Assembly: GCA_951406725.2 (NCBI GenBank)
Contig: OX597818.1
Coordinates: forward strand, 40,920,001 to 40,984,000
Length of the DNA stretch: 64,000 nt
Reading direction: 5' to 3'
DNA from: Octopus vulgaris
Taxonomy: Eukaryota
The stretch's first letter is position 1. Each line of letters opens with the position of its first letter. The position numbers were made by a program, and so were the translations under genes. A model generated the notes under the pieces. That model searched no databases, was not told where the DNA came from, and saw only the letters and a list, made by a program, of their open reading frames with translations. Of this stretch, positions 40,901 through 55,107 are shown one piece after another.

Positions 40901-41350
40901 TCGGACCTTGTGGTATATACATTTATATTATTTGTAGGACTTTTTAAAGATATTGTAGCAACATTTGACGAAATTACTAATAGAGAACAAGTGACAAAAT
41001 TTGAGACCCTTCTACACTGTCAAGGAAACTGAGGTGTTGGATTGTTATTAATATTATTAGATTAAAACTTTTTAAAATGGATCACTAACGAACAAAGGAA
41101 AAAAAGTGAAAAAAAAATAATAGTAGTGAGCAGTGTGAGGTAGAGATAAGCTCTAGCAGAAAACGAAACCGGTTTTCGAACTTATTTCATTCCTCTCACA
41201 CTGCTATTGCTTTGGGGGAAGGCAGGAATATTACAATTAATTTCTCCTTTCCCTACCTACCTTCTAAACTATAATTTAAAAAATTTGTCTGGCTTGATGC
41301 CCACGTAAGAAACAGTTATTAGAAAAGGAATATATATATATATATGTATG

Positions 41351-41444
<94 letters not shown>

Positions 41445-42265
41445 CACACACATACACGAAGTAAAACTCAGAAGATTTAGTAGAAAACTTCGTCCTGTTT
41501 ATTAAAATCTTGAAAATCTTGGACTGTATTTCTTTTGTTCTCGTTACTATTTTCCAACTCTCGCTTTTCAGCGAAGAGTAAAGTGCATTGTCATTTCTTC
41601 TAAAGTAATTATGACTGGATTCTTATGATAATAAGCATGTATTTATCATGTTTATTACGATTAAAAGGATTATAAAATTATTATTATTATTATTGTTATT
41701 AATTTTATTACTATTATTATTATTATTATTATTTAAAGACTTTTTTTTCACATCGTCGGACCCTTCGTTTACTAGTCATTATGGAGTAACAATGTACTTT
41801 AAAAAGAAATTGATGAAGTTACAAAAGACTTTTTACGAAACAGTTTTTGTTATTGATTTATTTTATTGCTCTTTTTATGTTTGTTGTTTTGTTTTTCTTC
41901 CAAAGTTTTGATCTTTGAAAAATGTTCTTATGAATTGTTTGAAAATTATTGTTATGAATTAAATTTTATAAGCAATTAATTCTATTGTTGTGATGTGAAA
42001 AAGAAGAAAAAAAAAGAACATATTATCAAAAAACACCTCCCACCAAACAACAAATTATCCAAACAAGTAAAACTAAAATAATTATATGCATAAGTATGCA
42101 CAAATTCACCATGTGGTTTCCGTTGAGTGAAATGGTAAATATATATTCGCATATGCATATACATACACAGGTGTATGTATGTATGTATATAAACACACAC
42201 ATATATATGCATGTATGTATGTATGTACAAATGTATGTATGTATGTATGTATGTATGTATGTATG

Positions 42266-42296
<31 letters not shown>

Positions 42297-42571
42297 GTAC
42301 GTATGTATATATGTATGTGTGTGTATATGTATGTATGCATTACAATGTTGAAAAGAGAGTGAACATATTTAGTTCAGAGTTTCCTTTCAACATGGTCATC
42401 AGGTTTCGAGAAACATTTGCCGAAACATACTGTCCACAATGCAAAGAAACGAGAACTTTAATGAATGTCTGTATAGGAATGTATATGCATGTATACGGTG
42501 TATGGCATTTGATTTACCTGCATTTGTGGATGCTTTACATACATACATACATACATATATACGCATGTATA

Positions 42572-42607
<36 letters not shown>

Positions 42608-42882
42608 TATGTATATATATGTTTGTGTGTGTGAGTGTGTGTATACATATACATATATATAAACATCTATGTGTGTGTGAGTCTGTGGAGTGGGGTAGCA
42701 GTAATAATAAAGTTAGTCAGAATAAAAATGAAAGAATTGTTCCCTAGAATATTTATATACGATACCGAACGTACAAAAATGAAGTAAAGAGTTCATCTCT
42801 CATTTCCTCTGACTTACAATATTATTACCAATGCACTATTGTGTACACTACCAAATTACTTTATTCATACACACACACATAT

Positions 42883-42931
<49 letters not shown>

Positions 42932-43153
42932 GAGAGAGAGTGAGAGAGTATGAGGGAGAGAGACATACACGCATACATAAATATGTACATATTTTACATG
43001 TCTGTGTTTCTCATAATGCGTGTATGGTGCATTTACGCACATTACGCACAATGAAGAATGCTGCAGCCGTAAGCATATATATACATTTCTTTAACGTTAA
43101 GAATACTTATTTTCTACTGCATGTATGTATGTATGTATGTATGTATGAATACC

Positions 43154-43200
<47 letters not shown>

Positions 43201-43374
43201 AATACATACATATATGTATAAATGCATATCTGTATATCTATACACACACACATATATATATATATATATACACATGCATATATATATATGTATATATATA
43301 TATACACATAATATATATACATATATAAATGTATGCATGTGTATATATGTATATGTATATATACATATGTAATA

Positions 43375-43501
<127 letters not shown>

Positions 43502-43954
43502 GTTGTGTTGTCGAGAACGTCAATCAATGCACACTGTGATTATTGCTGAAGAAACACAGAAGAGTTGTTGAACCTGAACTCGGTGCAAGGATCATAACAT
43601 ATTTGGTTCATTAGTAAACTCTGATGTTTTTGTTGATGTTGTTGTTGTTCTTGTTATTATTTTCCATTTATTCGATTGTTTGTTGTTGTTGTTGTTGTTG
43701 ACTTGTTTTTTGTTTCTCTCTTTTTTTTTCATCGCTTATAATTGTTAATGGTAATCACGTGATAGCTGTTACCTTTTGAAAAAGAAAAAAAAATTTTTTT
43801 TCATGAATCAAAAACTTAGAAAAATTACTATTGAGACAGCAATGGCGATGATCACGTTGACATGGAACGAGAGGAAACGTCGATAATGATGATGATGTCG
43901 GTGATGATGATGATGATGAGGAGGAGGAGGAGGAGGAGGATGATAATGATGATG

Positions 43955-43985
<31 letters not shown>

Positions 43986-44507
43986 CAGGGAGGTGGAATA
44001 GCAAGAGACGAAGGATGACCGCGTAACTCACAGGAACATCAATAATTAAGGAGTATGAAAGTAAACGAGGTAGTGATGGTGGTGGTATTGGTGGTGGCGG
44101 TTTTGTTTTTATCGGCGCTTGTTTGAGTTGGTAAGGACTATTGACTTGGTCGATATTAGTGGTGAGGCTCTGTAGGGTCACAAAGATTCTGCTGCCGCTG
44201 CTGCTACTACTACTACTGCTGCTGCTGCCACAACCACTGCTGCCGTTGCTAATGATAACGATGGAGATGATGATGATCATCATCATCATGATGCCGATGA
44301 TGATGAGGATCATGGTGATAATCATGATCAACATGATCATGATCATAATGACATTGGCTGTCAAGATCTTCAAGATAACCGGCACCATTATTTCGATTAT
44401 ATTATTACAACGGATATATATGTTATGTTAATGTTTGTGCTAAAGCAATAATTAGCGTATCATCATCTTACTACCAATACTAGTAGCAATATTATTATTA
44501 TTATCAT

Positions 44508-44729
44508 GTCGGCGAGATGGCAGAATCGTTAGCACGCCGGGCGAAATACTTAGCGGTATTTCATGTGTCTTTACATTCTGAGTTCAAATTTCACCAAAGT
44601 CGACTTTGCTTTTCATCATTCCGGGGTTCGATAAAAATAAGTTCCAGTTGAGTACTGAGTTCGATGTAATCGTCTTAGCTACCACCCACCGACCCCGAAA
44701 TTGCTGGCCTTGTGCTAAAACTTAAAACC
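44508..44729 (+). mobile_element. SINE family B
   Basis: GGCGAGATGGCAGAATCGTTAGCACGCCGGGCG head, core and tail variant. Confidence 0.85.
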
Positions 44730-44878
44730 GATGTTATTTTATATTCATCATCATTATCATCATCCTTACGCACACTACCACCACCACTACCATCATCATT
44801 GTGATCATTCCCTCTCTTATTGCTGTTGTTGATGATGATGATTTGTTTTCAGAAAACATCACTGAAAACATGATTATA

Positions 44879-44945
<67 letters not shown>

Positions 44946-45307
44946 ATGTGTGAGGTTTTTCTTGTTGTTATCAATTTCCTTGTTACCACTCATTGTTTCT
45001 TCTCTATGTGTTGTTGCTGTCATTATATTTTATACTTCCAGTAAAGACGATCAACATTAAACTTGGATATTATTGGGGTGGGTCTTTATACGATTAAAGC
45101 AAAAACGGTGAAAAAATCATTGTGTTATATATATATATATTTTGTTCTCATTTGCATCTTACTGTTTTTTTTTCTATTTTCCCCCCAATGCTTTGATGGT
45201 ATGCTTGGTATAATGGTATGGATGATAATAAATATGTTTCTGAAATTTAAGCTTTGCTTTTTTTATTTCTCTTACAAAATTACTACTTACAAAGTTACTA
45301 CTAATAA

Positions 45308-45396
<89 letters not shown>

Positions 45397-45399
45397 AGT

Positions 45400-45560
45400 T
45401 ACCGTTATAACTATCACGTGCTACGTTAGTTATCAGGGCGTTGTCTTGAGATTTGGTGTCACCAAGTCTCCTCAAAGCTCAAGTGTCTTTCTTAGGATTC
45501 ACGTCTTTATAATTGTTGAAAGTGTCTGGCCAGGTCAGATCGATAAATCAGTTTTTTAAC
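45400..45560 (-). mobile_element. Decayed R4/Dong-type 3' end
   Basis: Minus strand ILRKTLEL* followed by a short UTR running into (AAT)n. Confidence 0.4.
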
Positions 45561-45630
45561 ATGTCTTTCTTCTATTCTATGTTATTTTCTATGCAATATT
45601 TTTATGTTATTATTATTATTATAATTATTG

Positions 45631-45810
45631 TTTTTTTTCTTCATTCAAATTTGCTTCCATTTCTTGCCGGGTGTCTTCCCGACTCCTAGGGCAAAGAAAC
45701 TCATAGTATACATTGGTAGGCCATTAAACTAAACTCAATAGTTCGTTCATTTTTTTTTTTTAAGTTAAATTAAAATACATGGGTAGTATTAGTTCTCACA
45801 TCGACAATGC

Positions 45811-45811
<1 letters not shown>
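45631..45811 (-). mobile_element. Shorter copy of the same R4/Dong-type 3' end as 61552-61853
   Basis: Near-identical to about 61560-61743 (CAAATTTGCTTCCATTTCTTGCCG...TCTCACATCGACAATGCT), with (ATT)n flanks. Confidence 0.85.
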
Positions 45812-45868
<57 letters not shown>

Positions 45869-46007
45869 GATGGTAACCTGGCAGAATCGTAAGTAGAATC
45901 GGAGGAAATTCTTAGCGGTGTTTCGTCCGTTTTGACGTTCTAAGTTCAAACTTTACCGAATTTGAAGTTGCTTTACATTCTTTTGGAACCTTGTGCTTAC
46001 TGTAGGA

Positions 46008-46078
<71 letters not shown>

Positions 46079-47561
46079 TACTACTATTATTATTATTATC
46101 AATATTATTATTAATATGTTTCAAGAGGTTTACGCAAACTTTTATGGCATCATCAGATACACGTCTTTCATGTTCCTGAGGTAAATGCTGCGCTACCTCT
46201 CGCGGGATGTAGGATTGTAAGCTACTTCCGTTTTGTTTTGAATGTGGAATTTATGTCCGTATTTCTGATGCTATTTTAGTGTTTTGTCCGTTATGCTAAG
46301 TATGTGCACTGGGAGTTGTGTTATACTGTCGGGTTGTGTTTCGCACCTGCTGTATGATTGGTAGCAGACAAAGATCGAGTAGAATATTTGTTGTGTAGGT
46401 TGCACTACATTATTGGAGACAAGTGTATAGAATACGAGCTACCTAAGCTGGGGTGTTAGAGTTGTATCTGATAGTATATGTTAGGTTATTAAATTGGCTG
46501 GTGTCATTTCGTACAGTATGTGTTCTGTAACTGTCTGTACTCCTTGCATTGTGTTACAGCATATTATTACAATTGTCTTCTTTACTCAGTATTGATCTTA
46601 TTCCTGGTAGAATTAATGCGGTTAATGGATTGCTACCTGTAACCTTAGATATCCACCTGATTTCAATATGCCATCAGTTGCTCAAAACTCTTCTGGTAGT
46701 ATCTTTCCCATTCCTAAGAGCAAACCATTTTTAGGAATATTAACAACTATAATGTGAGGAATCTCCTAACAACATGAGCATGTTCCAGAATTGCGCCGCT
46801 CATAGGCATATATATGTTTATCGTTATAATCAATCACTTATCAATGCTTCTCAGTTAGTTCCCATATCTTGCAGATTTCCTTCTTTCTTTCCGTATGTTT
46901 ACCCAGCTCATAAATGCCAGCAATAAGAGCAGTGTTTTGTTGATATTTCTTAAGTTTAAAGAACATGTGCGATGATATATTTGAAAATGTTTCAGAGAAT
47001 GATACGTGCCAGTTCATAAAGAGTTGGAAATGAAGTCAAATCTTCTAGATAATGCTGTCTAAAATTACCAGGCAAAAAGGTTACAAATAAGAACCTTGTT
47101 ATTCCTAGCAATGTTAAAATGGAAATTCGTACTTTAAATTTAAACCATAAAAAATACCGCATCAAAAATAACGTGAAAACTAGGTATAGCCAGACACAAA
47201 TATACAGTTACCCAAGGAAACTGACAAGTTGAAAAACACTGGATATTACTTACCAAATTTTGCTACGCACACACAGACGCACCACCACCACCTCCACCTC
47301 CACACACAACACCACCCCCCACACACACACACACTTAAAAATTCCTTAAACGGACGTGGAATGAATACTTTATTCTCTGTGATTATTATATAGCTGTACT
47401 CTAACCATAAAACGAAACAAGGAAAATCTTTTGAATAAAATTTTGAAGGAAACTAACCTTAATCTCAAACTAACTGCAGTACACAAAACGCGGCTCTTTT
47501 TATATGTATTCTCCGGCCAAAAAGTAACATAACCATTAGGAAAAACTTAAAGAAGTAATCG

Positions 47562-47722
47562 TTTCTACCATAGTCACAAGGTCTGAGATTGTTTAGCGGA
47601 GAGAGGTAGTCGACTCCATTGACCCCAGCACTCAACTAGCACGTCATTTTTCGACCTTGAAAGGATGAAAAGCAAAGCCGGCCTTGGATAATTCGAACTC
47701 AGAACGTTAAGACAGACGAAAT
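47562..47722 (-). mobile_element. SINE family B, diverged
   Basis: Tail 2 and core homology on the minus strand. Confidence 0.7.
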
Positions 47723-48127
47723 AATGCTTGACAAAAACAACAATAATAACAACAACAGCAAAGAGAAAACGAACCAGAATGAAAATATTAGGATCATGGA
47801 TCACAAAGAGCGACCTAATATTTGCTAAACGAACTAAATGAATAAAGACTCATTACTAAACCATATCCTGGAATTTGCAGACAGCTGACCAAAAAATTAA
47901 ATAATATACATGGAAGGGAATATTAGAATTGAATAAGAGCGGAAGATTCTAATGGCAGAAATTATAAATATGAGATGGAAATAGCTAATAAATTAAAATC
48001 GGTGAAAGATTAGATTATGAACTGAAAAACGTATCACGAAGGATAGAACTTGCCAATGAAATAGCAATAGAAATAGAAATACCCAGAGCATTGATAATAA
48101 AATGAAACAAAAAAAAAGCAGTATATA

Positions 48128-48407
48128 GGCTCAGGAGTGGCTGTGTGGTAAGTAACTTGCTTACCAACCATATGGTTTCAAGTTCAGCCCCACTGCACGG
48201 CACCTTGGGAAAGTGTCTTCTACTATAGCCGCGGGCCGACCAAAGCCTTGTGAGTGTATGTATGTATGTATGTATGTATGTATGTATGTATCCACTCACA
48301 AGGCTTTGGTCGTCTCAAGACACTTGTCTAAGGGGCCATGCAGTGGAACGGAACCGAGAACCATGTGTTTAGGAAACAATTTATTTATCACACTGCCACG
48401 CCTGCTC
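48128..48407. mobile_element. Two inverted SINE family A heads around (TATG)n
   Basis: Plus-strand head 48128-48256 and minus-strand head 48291-48407. Perfect 20-bp inverted match between 48237-48256 and 48293-48312. Confidence 0.85.
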
Positions 48408-49715
48408 TTTCTCACAATAATATCTTTAAAGGTTCTAAGATAAACAGAAGTGCGCCAAATCAAAGTAAATTTGCCTGAAAGAAGTAATCCTCGCTAAATC
48501 GCAACGAATTTCTCCTTATGAAAAAGGTTACCGCGACATTTAGAACAAAACAAATTAGCTTGGCTCTAATCCAGTAGAATGTTATTAAAAACTAAGTGAA
48601 AATAATATCAGCAGTTCATAGCGTAAGAACAGCAAGAAGTATTGTGGTGGTGAACATGGAAAATGGACAGCAAAGGAGCTGAATTTGATTTTTGAGAACT
48701 AATGCAGCATCCGAATAATCATGGCATACCATTAATTCAAGAATTAGTACTGGTCCTACAGCAAATGAAACATTTGATGATTCCAAGAAATTGTCGAAAA
48801 AACGCCAATTAAATTATTCAGCAGGCGCATATGAAGTTATGGAGAAAATGTATAATGAACCAAAAACAATATCTGATTAGCTCAATAAGGAGAATTAATA
48901 CCAATGACTAAAAAAACAGAGCAAGCCCTAAATATTATAAACCCATAACATGTTTTTCTACAGGTTACAAACCCTTAACTTCAATAATATCACAAAAAAT
49001 AACTTTAGAAAAAAGAAGACTTTAAACATGGCATACTCTGACTATAAGGGGGCTTTTCTTAGTTCCACTATAAGGAGGCTTTACTTAGTCTAATCGCAGA
49101 AAACATTAGTCACGTGTAATGTAGCATCAGTAATAAACCGATATTTTAAACGCTATGTCAAAATGGCGAACAATTTTAAAAATAACAGTGAAAATAGGGA
49201 ATTATTATAACTAACCCGAATCTCTATTAAAGGAGGAATATTTCAAGCTGGCACTTTTCACCAACCTACTTCTATCTGGTGCTAAAGTTAAACCTGACTG
49301 AATTTGAATGCATATATTATGTGAAGATAATTAACTAGCTTCTATTTGGACGGTCTCATGTTTGATAGTGTACATGATCATCAACTAGAAACACTGCTGC
49401 GTATACTAGGCGGATTTACGGAAGTAATTCGTAAGAGATTGAAATTTAAAAAATTCATCTTTGAAGAGAGGAAATTTATGAACACTATTATAATGTTATA
49501 TAAAGAAATTTGCAGTTACAAGATATGCAGACACTCGCATATTTAAGAATAAACGAACTAAACAGTAGAACACATACAAATGAAAGCCATTTTTAAGGAA
49601 GAACTATTAAAGAAGATTCATTAGTTCAATACTTTAATAGAGCTAAATGTTAGAAGTAGTAAGAATCAATACAATATCAGTCAGAGATTAATGAGGTATA
49701 ATTACAACGTTTTGT

Positions 49716-49979
49716 GTGGAGGCGCGTGACTTAGTGGTTAGGGTGTCAGCATCATGATCGTAAGATTGTGGTTTCAATTCCTGGACCGGGCGACGCGTTG
49801 TGTTCTTCAGCAAAACACTTCGTTTCACGTTGCTCCAGTCCACTCAGCCGGCAAAAAAGAGTGACGCTGCGATGGACTGGCGTCCCGTCCAGCTGGGGAA
49901 CACGTACGCCATGGAAACCGGGAAACCGGGCCCATGAGCCTGGCTAGGCTTTAAAAGGGCGCATTTATTTTATTTTTAT
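49716..49979 (+). mobile_element. SINE family C, full length
   Basis: 10-bp TSD AACGTTTTGT at 49706-49715 and 49980-49989. Confidence 0.92.
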
Positions 49980-50752
49980 AACGTTTTGTACTTGACATTG
50001 AATAAGTTTGTCGGACAAGATAGAAAAGCAGGAAAATAATAAATGTGGTTAGAATACATCACACAAATATGTCAAAGAACGTCTATAACATATGGACGTA
50101 GATGTTTCTTTAACGGGAAGACTATTCTAAAACGTCCACTGTAGGTCTACATATCTAGTACAGGACAAAGAAAAACTAATACAGATAACTGCAAAACACA
50201 ACCGAGGAAAATGTAAAAGAGCTTTCTGTTCTGAAAGGAGCCAGCAAAAGGAAAAGAAACTCAAGATTTAGATAATAGACATTTGAGAGAAATAGAGAAT
50301 AACAAGAAAAATTGAGCTAAAGTTAAAGCCATGGCGGTAAAAAACAATTGAATGACGGAAATAAAAAGTAAAAATTGCAGTTGGCTGAGTAGAGAGGATT
50401 ACACAGCTGAAACTGAATGATAATCGATTGCTATACTGGATCAATATTAGATAGCAAAAAAAGCAAGTGATTAAGAGAATACATTCATTAATTGTTCAAC
50501 ATGTGGAAGATGGGAAGTAATAATTAATACTATTACATCCAACTACCTTTCTCAGCCAAAAGAAAAATTCACTTACAAGCAAGATAGAGTTAAGGCTTTA
50601 ATGATAATACCCAAAATATTCTGGTAATCTAAAATTCCAAGTGACAAGAAATGGTATAAATATATAGTAGGGAAGTCTCAGAATACGCGAAAGCAACTAT
50701 TGTATATTACGGGATATGCCAATCCACACAAATAGGTAGATCTATAGACAAT

Positions 50753-51334
50753 CCTTTCTACTGGAAGCACAATGCCTCAAATTTTGGGGAAGGGATTAAG
50801 TCGATTACATTGACCCCAGTGCATAACTGGTACTTATTTAATCAACCTCGAAAGGATGAAAGCCAAAGTCGACCTCGGTGGAATTTGAACTCAGAAGGTA
50901 GTGGCATATGAAATACATATTTCTTTACTACCCACAAGGGGCTAAACACAGAGAGAACAAACAAGGAGAGACAAACGGATCAAGTCGATTATATCGACCC
51001 CAGTGCGTAACTAGTACTTATTTAATCGACCCCGAAAGGATGAAAGGCAAAGTCGACCTCAGCGAAATTTGAACTCAGAAGGTAGCGACAGATGAAATAC
51101 CTATTTCTTTACTACCCACAAGGGGCTAAACACAGAGAGGACAAACAAGGAGAGACAAACGGATCAAGTCGATTATATCGACCCCAGTGCGTAACTAGTA
51201 CTTATTTAATCGACCCCGAAAGGATGAAAGGCAAAGTCGACCTCAGCGAAATTTGGACTCAGAAGGTAGCGGCAGATGAAATACCGCTAAGCATTTCGCC
51301 CGATGTGCCAACGATTCTGCCAGCTCGCCGCCTT
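50753..51334 (-). mobile_element. SINE family B trimer inside the decayed LINE
   Basis: Three cores, flanked by an 18-bp TSD GGTAGATCTATAGACAAT (50735-50752) / GGTAGATTTATAGATAAT (51335-51352). Confidence 0.9.
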
Positions 51335-51632
51335 GGTAGATTTATAGATAATGTTGATGCTGTGGAGTACTAACAGGAAAAGAAGTACCTTCTAACTGAC
51401 ATATAAGCACTAAAAGATGATTATGTATCGTTAAAATGAACGAGAAAATGGTGCAAATATAAAAACGGTAACCAGAATGTGGGGGGGGGTTGAAAAGTGA
51501 TATGACATCTATGATAAGAAAAACATTAAGAATGATTTAACGAATTATAGTCAAATACGTAATCAAATAGGAATGACTTACAGAAAATAGCATTATAGGC
51601 TATTCACGGTATCGACCAAATCATCAGATACT

Positions 51633-51887
51633 ATTATACACCGCTGGTTACAATGCGCTTCCAATTCTGTCTTGATTGCGCCATTCTTTTCCATCTTGAC
51701 CAAAACTGCATTACTAGATCGTCTTCCCATCGTCGTGGAGGCCATCTGAACTCTTGGATACTACTCAGCAACTGTACGGATCCGCCAGCTGTCTGTGAAC
51801 CTCGTGACATGTCCGACAGAGCAGAACTTTTGCTTTCGGCATTCTGTGATCACGTCGTACACTGCGATCCGTTCTTGAATATGCTCT
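51633..51887 (-). mobile_element. RTE-clade LINE 3' fragment
   Basis: Minus-strand DVITECRKQKFCSVGHVTRFTDSWRIRTVAE*YP...PPRRWEDDL...WKRMAQSRQNWK matches the RTE C-terminal pattern (WAGHVAR...GRP..RW.D). Confidence 0.7.
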
Positions 51888-52052
51888 AGTAAAGATTAAA
51901 GGAAAATACTAAATATATACCCAAGTTATACAGAATTGCAGCTGCTTGCAGAGTCAAAACATGTACAAATGTAAGATTAGTGAATACTAACTATCATTAT
52001 CATTATTAACATTTTTATTATTATTATTGTTGTTTTTGTTGTTGTTGTTGTT

Positions 52053-52109
<57 letters not shown>

Positions 52110-52320
52110 CCTTTCTACTATTGACACAAGGGCTGAAATCTGGGAGAGGGAATAGTCGATTATAACGACCCCAGTACTTGACTGGTACTTAATTTATCGA
52201 CCCCGAAAGAATGAAAGGCAAAGCAGACTTCGGTGGAATTTGAACTCAGAGCGTAAAGATGGACGGAATACCGCAAAGCATTTCCCCGGCACGCTAACGA
52301 TTCTACCAGCTCACCAGCTT
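52110..52320 (-). mobile_element. SINE family B, tail 2
   Basis: Full head, core and tail, preceded by (AAT)n. A second tail fragment is at 52383-52440. Confidence 0.88.
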
Positions 52321-52440
52321 GATGATGATGATGATGATGATGATGATGACGACGACGACGACGACGACGAAGATGATGATAATTCTTTCTACTATAGGCA
52401 CAAGGCCTGAAATTGGGAGGAGGAGTTAAGTCGATTACGT

Positions 52441-54884
52441 CACTGCAAAAGAAAGAAGGGAGCACAACAGAGATAACTCTGTAAATAATAAATAAAATGC
52501 TAAACCATAGTAAAATCTCTATACAGCTACCCAATCCAGAAATAAATAGAACAGCACAGCAAATCAACAACACAGACAGGCGACTACTGAAGCACAAAAC
52601 GACAAGAAACACAATAACACACACCATGACAGATCAGCTATAACCGAGGACGGAGACAAACTGATTGAAGAAATAACAAAAGTAGAAGAACTAAACATCA
52701 CACAGTCGATAAATATGGTTTAGCGTTAACATCTCCCCAGGTTACAGAAAAATAAATAGCTCTATGATAGGATAAATTGATACAACAGAGCCTTAAAATT
52801 AATAATGCCCATATAAAAAAATAAGCTAGATATCAATAAATTAAATGACTTGATCTACTCCACAGCTGTAGGGATATCCCTTACAAAGAAAAAAAAAATC
52901 CCAGCCAAATCTCAAACCCCAAAATGGAAACAGGTCATAGTAAATAAAAATCAGAAGTAGTGTAAGAAAGACTTATCATTATTTTGCGAATTAGAGAAAA
53001 CGGGATCAAATATGAAAAATTAAAAAAAAAGGACCATGGCATAGCAGCAAAAACTTGCCGCATAAAATGGTATGAAAAACGGAAACGCTTCTTCCACCAA
53101 AATAGAGAATTCAAAATAAGCACAAACATTTTTTATAGAAAGTTGAGCAAAAAAATGTATATTAATAAATGCCATGCCAACAACATCATCGATTCAGTTA
53201 CATTGGGAAGCAATATAAGGCAAACAAAAAAAATGCTCAGTGGATTAGTAGGGAAAAGGAAAGGAAGAACACAATAGAACAACAGGTATGGCCCACCTTC
53301 ACAGCCCAAGAGGTCACAGATACACGGAGGAGTACCAGCAACTGGGAATTTCCAGGAATAGACAAGGTCTCCAACTTCTAGTTGAAACACCTCACCAGTA
53401 ACCACAACCACTTAGCGGCAGCGTTCATTTTATTGATAAGTGAGCCAGAATCAATACTAAACTGGATGCTGGAAGGATAAACCACCCTGATTCCCAAAAA
53501 CAAAGACACCACATACCCACAAAATTACAGGCCAATAACATGCCTATCAACATCCTACAAAACTCTAACATCAGTCACCTATAACCAGCTTATAAAGCAC
53601 CTGGAAAACAACAATGCCTTACCAGAAGAATAAAGTGGCTGCCGGAGAGGGATGTATGGCTGTAAGGAACAACTTCTGGGAAAACCGAGCCATTATACAG
53701 GATGTAAAAGGAGAAAGACAAACCTGAACATGACTTGGATTGATTACCAGAAAGCATCCAGCAGTGTTTCACACTCATGGACACTGGAATCTCTCCACAC
53801 AAATAAGGTAGCCCCGCCACTACTAAAATATATTAAATACGCAATGGCAAACTGGAAACCTTATGTAACATTTAAAAAATTACTCACGTTATCAAAGCCT
53901 ACCCTATACCAATAAGAAGACGGAATTTCCAGGGAGACTCATTGTCATCCCTGCTTTTCTGCCTTTCTCTGACCCTGCTAACAAAGTTGTTAAACGAAAC
54001 CACTAAGGGTTATAGGTGCTATGAAGCAAAAATAAACCATCTTCTATACATTGATGGCCTAAAACTTTTGGCTAAAAGCACCATGGAACAGAGAAACCTT
54101 ATCAAAATTGTCCAGAGTTTCAGCAATGACATCGGAATGAGCATGGGGATGGACAAATGTGCCAGAGTCACACTGAGAAGAGGCGAATTATTCAGCACTG
54201 AAAACACTGCACTCGACAGACACAGGAATTAGAGAATTAGACCACAACCGCCCATACTAATATCTAGGAATAGACGAAACAGCTAAAGTGCAACACACAG
54301 AAATGAAAGAGAAAATTTTGAGAGAGTATTATAGATGAGTTAGACTAATATTAAACACTGAACTTAATGCTAAAGATAATAGGGATAAACACGCTAGCCA
54401 TACCAATCATACAGCTTTAACATAATAAACTGGAAGATCAGTGAATTGAGAAACTTAGATAGAAAAACCAGAAAACTACTAAAAGCGTACCGTCCAAAAA
54501 ACAGCCTTGCCAGGAACAGCACACATCCTACGCAAGACACTATCAATCCAATAATACAACCTAAACAAAACAATCCTCAAATAAAAGATACGAGAAACAG
54601 CATTTACCCAGTCAAATAAACTTCTACCAGTAAGCCAGAAAACCAAAGCATTACACATTCAACACATAATACAAGCAGTATCACAACAAAAGGTTGCATC
54701 ACACCTCATGAGGAAAAAATACTAACACAATACAGTATCGATATGAGATCACCATGTTGCGCACATATGGTTGTGATGCATGTGCCTGGTGTACCCTTAT
54801 CAGACAGGTAGTCATGATAGGTATACTGGGCTTCGTATATTTTACCTCAGTATCACTTTGATGGTATGCACTGCTCTCTCAATC
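52441..54884 (+). mobile_element. Decayed R4/Dong-type (RLE) non-LTR retrotransposon with internal deletion
   Basis: Frameshifted RT motifs PKNYRPITCL, GCRRGMYGCKEQLL, NLNMTWIDYQKA, QGDSLSSLLFC, INHLLYIDGLKL, FSNDIGMSMGMDKC, YLGI. They jump to the C-terminus VQKTALPGTAHILRKTLSIQ* (stop 54552-54554). The 3' UTR ends in (AAT)n. Confidence 0.88.
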
Positions 54885-54897
54885 AATAATAATGATG

Positions 54898-54992
<95 letters not shown>

Positions 54993-54994
54993 CA

Positions 54995-55107
54995 TGGTTT
55001 GCAATTTTGGTACAGGACCAGAAATTTCAGGGGAGAGGGAAAGTCAATTACATCGACCCCAGTGCTCAGCTGGTACTTGCTTTATCAACCCTGAAATGAT
55101 AAAAGGT
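54995..55107 (-). mobile_element. SINE family B 3' part
   Basis: Tail and core homology, abutting (AAT)n at 54885-54992. Confidence 0.75.

Larger units (their letters stand above)
48880..51600 (+). mobile_element. Older, heavily decayed R4/Dong-type LINE interrupted by SINEs
   Basis: Recognisable remnants: YKPITC (about 48935), LNMAYSDYK (49022), IKGGIFQ (49226), AETE..IAILDQ (50406), DMPIHT (50713) and an RLE-like segment at about 51360-51470. Ends are approximate. Confidence 0.65.

Noticed and set aside
43852-44431. 178-aa and 96-aa ORFs
   Set aside because: Mosaic of GAT, GAG, GGT and CTG trinucleotide repeats with no domain-like content.
46105-46165. Hammerhead-like CUGAUGA...GAAACAUAUU on the minus strand
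   Set aside because: Stems I and II do not pair convincingly; at best a dead remnant.
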